64,000 bases of DNA, taken from NCBI GenBank assembly GCA_964494345.1, contig CAZBSI010000001.1:85660-149659 (forward strand), given 5' to 3'. Below the pieces are notes generated by a model. The model searched no databases. It was not told the DNA's origin and saw only the letters and a program-made list of their open reading frames with translations. A program made the translations under genes and the position numbers. This DNA is from an uncultured bacterium (GTDB taxonomy: Bacteria; Armatimonadota; UBA5829). Positions 57,309 to 64,000 of this stretch are shown piece after piece (position 1 is the first letter of the stretch; every line of letters starts with the position of its first letter).

Positions 57309-58216
57309 ATATAAATAGAACGCTGCTGGTATTGATAATTGCACTGATGTCTCTTGCAGTTCTGTGCGCAGCCGATTCAGCCGTCGAGATCGCTCGGCGT
57401 GCACAAAACGCGGAGAAGGCAGTCAGCTATCGCGGCACTAAATCTATCTATGTGATCATCAACAACAAAACCTCCGCCTCGAAGGTTAAAATAGTCCACA
57501 GAAAGCCTGATATGACAAGACGAGAGTTCTACTCTCCAAGTCAATGTGCGGGGGCGGTGCTCATAGAACACGGCTCGAACACCTGGAAATACGACCCGGC
57601 CGCCAAATGCTGGGAGCAGATGAGTTGGATGATCGCCAGGGAATATCACCCGCGCGTGTTCGATAACTATAATCTGAAACTGATCGGCAACGACAAAATC
57701 GCCGGGCGCGATACCTATGTTATTCTGGCGACGCCGAAACACGGTGAGAGCCGCCGGTATAAAATATGGGTGGACAAGCAGAATTATCTGATGCTGAAAA
57801 TTGACACGCAGAACGCGGCAGGAAAGACGACGACTTCGGCTGGGTTTACAAATATCGTTGTCGAGCCACGCGATATTTCCTCGACGGTGTTCTCTGTTCC
57901 CGCCAACGCGCACAAAGCCGATTGTCCATCGTGTGTCGATTTCGTCGTGCGAAAACCTGCATATATTCCTAAAGGGTATAGATTGGTCGGGATAAGCAGA
58001 GGGATCGTAGACAGGCGATGTTATGCCCACCTGCAGTTCTCAAATGGGGCGAATATAATCTCCCTGTTTGAACGCAAAAGCTCGCGCGGCACAACCCCTA
58101 AAAATCAGCAGAAACTCGAGACTGTGATGTCCTGGGTGAACGGCGGGGTGCTGTTTACCTTGATCGGTGAAGTATCCTCGCCCGAGCTGAAAAAGATCGC
58201 TGCGTCGATAAAATAA
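57305..58216 (+). CDS. Periplasmic RseB/MucB-like (LolA-fold) protein. Putative third component of the sigma/anti-sigma module.
   Basis: A signal peptide is followed by beta-rich sequence of about 300 aa, the length of RseB. It is coupled to the anti-sigma gene by an ATGA overlap. Confidence 0.45.
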   Translation: MNINRTLLVLIIALMSLAVLCAADSAVEIARRAQNAEKAVSYRGTKSIYVIINNKTSASKVKIVHRKPDMTRREFYSPSQCAGAVLIEHGSNTWKYDPAAKCWEQMSWMIAREYHPRVFDNYNLKLIGNDKIAGRDTYVILATPKHGESRRYKIWVDKQNYLMLKIDTQNAAGKTTTSAGFTNIVVEPRDISSTVFSVPANAHKADCPSCVDFVVRKPAYIPKGYRLVGISRGIVDRRCYAHLQFSNGANIISLFERKSSRGTTPKNQQKLETVMSWVNGGVLFTLIGEVSSPELKKIAASIK

Positions 58217-58224
58217 AGCCGCTT

Positions 58225-59568
58225 TTAGATGATCTTCTCTCTAATTACCGCGCTGGCGTAGTCCATTACCATAACGACCCCGGCTATCATCCATATCGCG
58301 GTCGCCGCCTGGCGCCACTGAAGCAGGTTCATATATTGTATGAGCTGATAGCCTATTCCGCCTCCGCCCACCAGGCCGATCACCGTCGCCATTCTCACAT
58401 TAATATCCCACCGATACAGCGTAAAAGCGATAAACTGCGGCACCACTTGCGGGATAACACCGAATATGACCACCTGGAACTCATTTGCACCAGTAGCTCG
58501 CACGGCTTCGATCGGGCCGTGTTCTATGCTCTCAATGGCCTCAGAATACAGCTTGCCCACTGCCCCAATACCGTGAATTGCAAGGGCCAACACGCCCGCA
58601 AACGGCCCTATTCCCACTGCGGCAACGGCGATTACTGCAAATATCAGCACCTCAACGGAGCGTAATATCGTGAACACCGCACGCGTGATTCCGTAAAGAA
58701 TCCTCAACAGCACCGAGCCTGACATCAGGTTTTTCGCCCCAAAGAAGCTGAGCGGTATTGCAAATAGCACCGAAATCGCCGTGCCCAGCAGCGCCAGATA
58801 GATCGTCTCCAGCATCTTCGGAGCAGCGTCTTGCAAAGCCTCGCTGATCACAAATCCGCGGCCCGGCACCTTAACCCGCGCCTGCACAAAATAATCCCCA
58901 GGAATATCTCTTGTGTTTACAAACGATTTAGTAAAGGTGCCATCCTTGCCTGTTTTAATCTTGTCGATCTCAATTTCCGCGCCGCCGAGTAATATCAGCG
59001 AGCCTGAGCATCCCGGAGAAAAATGGCTGCCCTTAACTGTTATGCGAGTGCCCACAGGCGCTATTTTGGGGCTGAGGGTCAGATGTGCGGACGTAGTCTG
59101 TTCGACCTCAGGCCGGGTTTCAACGCCTGGGCCGGGCACGATATAAACAGCAGTAGCGGTTTGAGTGGTCGACTTCGCCTCGGCGAAGTCCGGCTTTGCC
59201 ATTCCGCCTATGATCTGCCCAATTACTCCGCGCTGTTCGGGTTGAAGCTGCGGTATATGAATATCCGTGACCTGGCCTGCCGCAGCGATGTTCAGAATCA
59301 GAATTAGCAGAATCGGCATAAAAGTGGATATAACTCTGCCGCGCGCGACCATCACCGCATCGAATATATTCCACGCCCACACCAGCGCCATCCAAATCGC
59401 CAGCCACTGCAGTCCGACTCCATAAAATATCGCGGCCTGAGCAGGCAAACCTATCAGCAGCGTCAGTCCCCGTCGCACAGACCCAGCGTAAATCTGGCCA
59501 AGACCGGGAATGATCGACAGGACCCCGGCTATAAGCGCGTTTTTATTCGATGCCGATTCGTTTCTCAT
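58225..59568 (-). CDS. phnE: Phosphonate ABC transporter permease PhnE with an N-terminal fusion of about 190 aa (a TM2-like membrane hairpin plus a beta-sandwich domain).
   Basis: The C-terminal ~260 aa are a PhnE-type permease (IGLVGGGGIGYQLIQYMNLLQW). The N-terminus AGVLSIIPGLGQIYAG is TM2/NINE-like, followed by ITVKGSHFSPGCSGSLILLGG. Confidence 0.8.
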   Translation of the reverse strand: MRNESASNKNALIAGVLSIIPGLGQIYAGSVRRGLTLLIGLPAQAAIFYGVGLQWLAIWMALVWAWNIFDAVMVARGRVISTFMPILLILILNIAAAGQVTDIHIPQLQPEQRGVIGQIIGGMAKPDFAEAKSTTQTATAVYIVPGPGVETRPEVEQTTSAHLTLSPKIAPVGTRITVKGSHFSPGCSGSLILLGGAEIEIDKIKTGKDGTFTKSFVNTRDIPGDYFVQARVKVPGRGFVISEALQDAAPKMLETIYLALLGTAISVLFAIPLSFFGAKNLMSGSVLLRILYGITRAVFTILRSVEVLIFAVIAVAAVGIGPFAGVLALAIHGIGAVGKLYSEAIESIEHGPIEAVRATGANEFQVVIFGVIPQVVPQFIAFTLYRWDINVRMATVIGLVGGGGIGYQLIQYMNLLQWRQAATAIWMIAGVVMVMDYASAVIREKII

Positions 59569-60317
59569 GCTATTTCCACCTGCACGGCATCCTGACCATA
59601 TATCTCTTTGAACCTTTTATCATCGATCTCTTCCGGGCTGCCGTCAAAGACCAGTTCGCCCGCTTTCAAGCCTATCACCCTGTCAGCGTATCGTCTTGCA
59701 AGGCTCAGAAAGTGCAGGTTGCACAGCACCGTCATTCCATCCCTTTTGTTCATTTCTTCAAGGTGATTCAGCACCGAGTGAGCCGTAGCCGGGTCCAGCG
59801 ACGCCACCGGTTCGTCGGCGAGGATAACCTCAGGCTTTTGCATCAAAGCACGGGCGATGCCGACGCGCTGCTGCTGTCCGCCGGAAAGGGTATCAGCACG
59901 CTGAGACTCCTTCTCCGACAGGCCCACACGGGCAAGACTTGCACGGGCATCTTCGTAATCCTGCGGTTGGAAATGATGGAACATACTCGACCACGACGAT
60001 GTATAGCCCAACCTGCCGCTCAATACGTTTGTCATCACGCTCGATCGGCTGACCAGGTTAAAGTGCTGAAAAATCATACCGATCCGCCTGCGCACGGATC
60101 GTAGATCGGTTGTCGCCGTGATTTCGATATCGTCAAGGAATATCTTCCCGGAAGTCGGCTCAATAAGCCTGTTGATCGACCGCAGAAGCGTGCTCTTGCC
60201 CGATCCTGAAAGGCCGATAACCGCCACAAACTGCCCTGTGGGGATGTCCAGTGACACATCGTTAAGCGCATGTGTGCCGTTGGGGTATACTTTGGTCAGG
60301 TTTTTAATACGCAGCAT
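59565..60317 (-). CDS. phnC: Phosphonate ABC transporter ATP-binding protein PhnC.
   Basis: [44 protein letters not shown] and [15 protein letters not shown] are present. Confidence 0.9.
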   Translation of the reverse strand: MLRIKNLTKVYPNGTHALNDVSLDIPTGQFVAVIGLSGSGKSTLLRSINRLIEPTSGKIFLDDIEITATTDLRSVRRRIGMIFQHFNLVSRSSVMTNVLSGRLGYTSSWSSMFHHFQPQDYEDARASLARVGLSEKESQRADTLSGGQQQRVGIARALMQKPEVILADEPVASLDPATAHSVLNHLEEMNKRDGMTVLCNLHFLSLARRYADRVIGLKAGELVFDGSPEEIDDKRFKEIYGQDAVQVEIA

Positions 60318-60322
60318 ACTGG

Positions 60323-61249
60323 CTATTTCTTTTTGTCGATCTGTTCGAGCTGAACGTTTTCAGATTTAGCGACTTCCCGCACGGAATCGTAATCGCTGTC
60401 CTTTGTGCGTTCAAATCCGTCGATTCCGTAGAGGCTCATAATCGTGATCCGCCCTTCATCAGAGGCCGCCACCTTTATCAAGCCATCGGTGATCTTTTTC
60501 ACTATATCCGGCGGCAGTCCCTTGCGCACGCTGACCGTGTCGTTCGGTATCTCGAGGCTCTTAGCGATAACGTGGGTCTTTTCCAGCACATCCGGCAGTG
60601 AATTCACCACTTTCTCACGCGCATCCGTTCCGACACCGCCGTAAATCGCCCCTCCATCGACCTGTTTGTTGTAAACCGCCATTATCACGCGGTCGTGCGC
60701 TCCGGCGAATATCACATTAGAAAAATACGTCTCCGGGTCAAAGCCGCTGGATCGTATAAGATGTTTTGGATAAATAGCTCCACTTGTAGAGACCGGATCT
60801 CCGTAAGCAAAACGCTTGCCTTTAAGATCCGCCAGCTTGTTTATGCCGGTATCCGTGCGGGAGATTATATAGCTCCAATATTTGGCGGATTTATTACGAA
60901 CCGTCACCAACGCCACTTCCACGCCGTATTTGTCGTGAGCCATCACATACGGCACAGGCGGCAGCCATCCGACGTCGACATTCCCCGCGCCCATAGCCGT
61001 GATAACCGCAGTGTAGCTTGCCGGCACGCTGACCTCATACTTCAGCCCCGTTTCCTTTTCCAGAAGCTCAGCGAGTTTCTGTCCGCTTAAGACGAGCTTA
61101 TTAGTGTCCAGTGAGGGGACCATAGCCATCTTAATAGGGTTGGACGCGCTGCCAGGCTCACCTGTTTTCTGGCCGCATCCCACTGCAAAGATAAGTATAA
61201 TCAGCAATATCCAGCCGAATCTCAATCGAGAAAACATTTTATCCTCCAT
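60323..61249 (-). CDS. phnD: Phosphonate/phosphite ABC transporter substrate-binding lipoprotein PhnD.
   Basis: A lipobox (LIIFAVGCGQ) and PhnD-family periplasmic binding fold motifs (YWSYIISRTD, FAYGDPVSTSG) are present. Confidence 0.85.
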   Translation of the reverse strand: MEDKMFSRLRFGWILLIILIFAVGCGQKTGEPGSASNPIKMAMVPSLDTNKLVLSGQKLAELLEKETGLKYEVSVPASYTAVITAMGAGNVDVGWLPPVPYVMAHDKYGVEVALVTVRNKSAKYWSYIISRTDTGINKLADLKGKRFAYGDPVSTSGAIYPKHLIRSSGFDPETYFSNVIFAGAHDRVIMAVYNKQVDGGAIYGGVGTDAREKVVNSLPDVLEKTHVIAKSLEIPNDTVSVRKGLPPDIVKKITDGLIKVAASDEGRITIMSLYGIDGFERTKDSDYDSVREVAKSENVQLEQIDKKK

Positions 61250-61305
61250 AAATCCGCTACACCAATATCAATTGGTCATTTTATAAGAATTATCCTTCGC
61301 AGTCT

Positions 61306-62100
61306 TTGACGCTGACTTCGCCAGGTGATAGACTCTTAGTGAGCAGGGGGGCGCCATTGGCGAAACGACGATCAAAACCAAAGACAAGCGTTTTCTTGTT
61401 GCTGTTTCTTATCACAGCCTGCATCGCCGGGCTTGCAGTTCATCGCCCCGCGAAAAAGCCGCCAACTCTGTTAGACACCCTCGATCACTGCTCTATTATA
61501 ATCGATTTGACCGGTGGAGATTACAAAGTAGCCCCTGCGCTTGCAAATACCGCCGAGGCAGAGCATTTCGAGGCTATGATGAGGCGCATAAAACCCGTCG
61601 CCGCCATTACAGGCACTTATCACAACCCAGACTATCTTCCCATTGGCGATATTCTCATCGACGGCAAGCTGGTCCACCGTGGATACCAGCGCCAGGGCAT
61701 CGGAATCACATCCTCCGGCAAGATCGTCTTTCGGCAACGCCACGGCTCTTCTCGGATCGATTGGGCCGGATGTCGTCACGGAATCGCGTGTGGGCCGCGG
61801 CTGCTGCGGGATGGGCAAGTCGCGATAGACGTCGTTGCTGACGGTTTCAGCGAGGCTGCCAACACCATCGAGGCGGCGCGCTGTGCAGTTGGTGCCAATG
61901 CAAAGGGGCATTTGATTATGCTCGCCGTGCGCCAGCCGATAACGCTGCGCATCCTCGCAGAGGCTATGGTCGAGCTTGGAGCGGTCGAGGCAATAAATAT
62001 GGACGGCGGCTCGTTATGCGCTTTTTATGCCGACAACAGATGTCTTATTCAGCCGATTCTGCCGGTCAGCAGCGTTTTGGCGGTATATAAGACAAAATAA
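61306..62100 (+). CDS. Phosphodiester glycosidase family protein (DUF2233, NAGPA-like).
   Basis: An N-terminal anchor is present. Conserved stretches are AITGTYHNPDYLPIGDILIDGKLVHRG, RCAVGANAKGHLIMLAV and AINMDGGSLCAFYAD. Confidence 0.7.
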   Translation: MTLTSPGDRLLVSRGAPLAKRRSKPKTSVFLLLFLITACIAGLAVHRPAKKPPTLLDTLDHCSIIIDLTGGDYKVAPALANTAEAEHFEAMMRRIKPVAAITGTYHNPDYLPIGDILIDGKLVHRGYQRQGIGITSSGKIVFRQRHGSSRIDWAGCRHGIACGPRLLRDGQVAIDVVADGFSEAANTIEAARCAVGANAKGHLIMLAVRQPITLRILAEAMVELGAVEAINMDGGSLCAFYADNRCLIQPILPVSSVLAVYKTK

Positions 62101-62144
62101 AAACGGGCAGAGCATAAAGCCCTGCCCGTGGTGTTTCTCAATAG

Positions 62145-62354
62145 CTACCAGCCTCGGCGACCGCCGCCGCCGCCGCCAAAGCCGCCACCACCGCCGAAAC
62201 CTTGCTCCGCTTTCTCAGCTTTGCGTCGGTCGCGGCAGGTCTTGCAGCGGATCGGTTCGCTGAAACCGCGGGACTGGAAGAACTCCTGCTCACCAGCGGT
62301 GAACGTGAAGGTCTGTCCACATTCCTTACAGGTCAGATCCTTGTCCTGGGACAT
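62145..62354 (-). CDS. Zinc-ribbon-domain small protein with a Gly-rich C-terminal tail.
   Basis: MSQDKDLTCKECGQTFTFTAGEQEFFQSRGFSEPIRCKTCRDRRKA is followed by FGGGGGFGGGGGG. A strong AAGGGGG RBS is present. Confidence 0.7.
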   Translation of the reverse strand: MSQDKDLTCKECGQTFTFTAGEQEFFQSRGFSEPIRCKTCRDRRKAEKAEQGFGGGGGFGGGGGGRRGW

Positions 62355-62665
62355 TTGCTAAACCCCCTTACCATACTTTACTTTCACTTCTGTTGACATG
62401 TTGGACCATTGAACGGGGGCCTTGCATGCACCCAAGGGATCTGTTTCCTTATCTTCCGATTCTTTCAGTCCGGCCCGTGGAACTATCGACCTACACCCCA
62501 CGGACAGCAGAAGCCACCTCCATTATACCTTACGCAGGGCCGTTTCAAAATAAAATATTCAACTATATGAAAAAAAACGTTGTGGAGGTGCGTCTAATGG
62601 TTATGGAGAATACCGATAATAGGGAATGAACATAGGGAGAAGCTCGACAGCGATGTACCGTTTCG

Positions 62666-63073
62666 GTGAGGGAGGATATGTCGGAGATAAGCAAAGATAT
62701 AGAGCGTGGGATAAATGTTTTCAAGCAGGGCGATTTTGACAAGGCCGCTGGGTTGCTTGAGGACGCCTCACGTCGCTATCCTGATAGCTACGATGCATTC
62801 GTCTACCTCGGGGCAGCTTATGCCCAGCAGGGGCGACACAACGCCGCTATTGGTGCGTTCAAACGAGCCTCCGACATAAAGCCGGACTCTCCGCGCATAC
62901 ACTACAATCTCGGACAGGCTTACGAGGCCGCTGGCGTGCCGAGAGAGGCATGGTTCGAGTATAAAAAAGCCCTCGAAATTGACCCAAAATACGGATTGGC
63001 GCGCGGCGCTCTGATCTCGCTGACGCAGCGATTGCCAAAATTGCTTGCCCCTGGCATAGAAGTAGCCGCATAA
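62666..63073 (+). CDS. Tetratricopeptide (TPR) repeat protein.
   Basis: Three TPR-like units (AFVYLGAAYAQQGRHNAAIGAFKRASDIKPDSPRIHYNLGQAYEAAG, AWFEYKKALEIDP). Confidence 0.7.
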   Translation: MREDMSEISKDIERGINVFKQGDFDKAAGLLEDASRRYPDSYDAFVYLGAAYAQQGRHNAAIGAFKRASDIKPDSPRIHYNLGQAYEAAGVPREAWFEYKKALEIDPKYGLARGALISLTQRLPKLLAPGIEVAA

Positions 63074-63393
63074 CGACTTCTCTTGCATTATCGGCCATAT
63101 TAAGCAATAAATTGTAACAACAATTTGGACGCAGCCTTTTGTCTGGCACGAATTGTGCAAGTAGTGAATATGAGAATAGAATATCGACAGTGCTGATTAG
63201 CGCACACCAGGCGGGTAGATCAATAGCACGGCAGCGACGACAATTTTCCACGGGCGAGTGCCATGCTCCGGTACTCTCCGATAAACCCGCACAAGACGGG
63301 TGTGTTGCTCCAGAGCGAGTAATGCCTCAGCACTGGCATCGCCCCGGCAGAGACTCCAGGTCTTCGCCGGGGCGAATGTTACATCTAGCCGTT

Positions 63394-64000
63394 TCAGTTA
63401 CGCATCCTGAGCAGCATCGTGCCAAGCACCTCGCCGAGGTTATCCGACGCCTTGAGGCTGTTTCTGCGTAGTCGCCACAACTGCGGCCACAAAGCAGGAC
63501 GGCCGGCAATTAGAGCCAATCGCTGAGTCCATTGCTGATTTGTGGCAAGCAATTCCACTTCCTGCGGTAAATCTCGATCGGCTATGTCGCTTATGCCCTT
63601 TACAACCACAAATGGCACCCGCCTTACGGAGCAGACCTCAGCGGCTGCGTAGGCCTCCATATCCAGAGCTGCGGCCCCTGTGTTTCGATAGATACTGACC
63701 TTTTCGCTTGCGTTCAAAATTATTCGGTCGCAGGTTACCATATCAGACCGCCAGATTGTAAACCCCAGCTTCCCGCTTGGCGGAGTCGAGGCCATCAGTC
63801 CTGTACTGCATTCTATCGTAGGTCTGGTCATATCCGGCAGCTTCACATTGTCCGCCATCACCACATCGCTGACCGCCGCCTTGCCATCAAGCGCCGCCGC
63901 GAAACCCGCGCAGGCAATCCACGAAGCTCCCTGATCTATCAGCCGATGCGTCGCTTCGCTGCACAGCTTTCTTCCCATACCCCCAACTTCGGCCAATACC
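63394..64000 (-). CDS. Purine nucleoside phosphorylase family-1 / nucleosidase-like protein (MTA/SAH nucleosidase, futalosine hydrolase or HpnG-like). It is 5'-truncated by the window end.
   Basis: DMEAYAAAEVCSVRRVPFVVVKGISDIADRD is the PNP_UDP_1 C-terminal motif. The reading frame remains open to the window edge. Confidence 0.6.
   Translation of the reverse strand, partial: VLAEVGGMGRKLCSEATHRLIDQGASWIACAGFAAALDGKAAVSDVVMADNVKLPDMTRPTIECSTGLMASTPPSGKLGFTIWRSDMVTCDRIILNASEKVSIYRNTGAAALDMEAYAAAEVCSVRRVPFVVVKGISDIADRDLPQEVELLATNQQWTQRLALIAGRPALWPQLWRLRRNSLKASDNLGEVLGTMLLRMRN

Noticed and set aside
62355-62665. Possible riboswitch or ncRNA in the 310-bp gap upstream of the TPR gene.
   Set aside because: I could not recognise any known riboswitch consensus or convincing conserved stem architecture by eye. 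It is left unannotated and would need an Rfam/Infernal scan.
63139-63471. 110-aa plus-strand ORF.
   Set aside because: It overlaps the 3' end of the minus-strand nucleosidase-like gene and its intergenic terminator-like hairpin, and nothing supports it.

Overview
This 64 kb window is chromosomal DNA from a diderm (outer-membrane-bearing) bacterium with GC content in the mid-50s percent. The gene order (tamB, bamA, skp, lpxD ... instead of tamA-tamB) points to a non-proteobacterial lineage. Coordinates 1.3-30.8 kb form one nearly unbroken plus-strand supercluster for outer-membrane biogenesis and lipopolysaccharide (LPS) synthesis: lipB, a TamB/AsmA-like giant, an ECF (extracytoplasmic-function) sigma factor, bamA, two OmpH/Skp paralogs, lpxD, lpxC, a fabZ-lpxA fusion, lpxB, an isoprenylcysteine-carboxyl-methyltransferase (ICMT)-family membrane methyltransferase, msbA, a DUF374 (domain-of-unknown-function) protein, kdtA, lpxK, an lpxL-type acyltransferase, two GT9 heptosyltransferases, one GT4 and one GT2 glycosyltransferase, a LolA-fold lipoprotein, a methyltransferase, an uncharacterised 322-aa protein, a kinase-only HldE homolog and a 650-aa polytopic membrane protein. 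The rest of the window holds cspA behind a consensus promoter; a GH78 rhamnosidase with a sodium:solute symporter; a minus-strand heavy-metal RND efflux operon led by a small Cys/His-rich membrane protein; glutamate dehydrogenase; cyclophilin; a large secreted C39-like peptidase / Trp-rich beta-propeller / Ig protein; and VOC and Gfo/Idh/MocA enzymes. Further on come a GNAT-thioredoxin-like fusion; an orphan FecE-like ABC ATPase with a C-terminal extension; a six-copy 20-22 bp tandem repeat; rpmB; a CBS-DUF1385 protein; an 827-aa secreted protein; an ECF sigma / zinc-finger anti-sigma / RseB-like module; a phnDCE phosphonate transporter whose permease carries an N-terminal fusion; a DUF2233-type phosphodiester glycosidase; and a zinc-ribbon mini-protein. 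No rRNA, tRNA, CRISPR array or obvious mobile element was found. The most unusual items are the 322-aa and 650-aa unknowns inside the LPS cluster, the fabZ-lpxA fusion, the ICMT-family (LmtA-like) methyltransferase inside the lipid A operon, the multidomain secreted C39/propeller protein, and the orphan ABC ATPase next to the iteron-like tandem repeat. All family assignments rest on motif recognition by eye; no database search was run.
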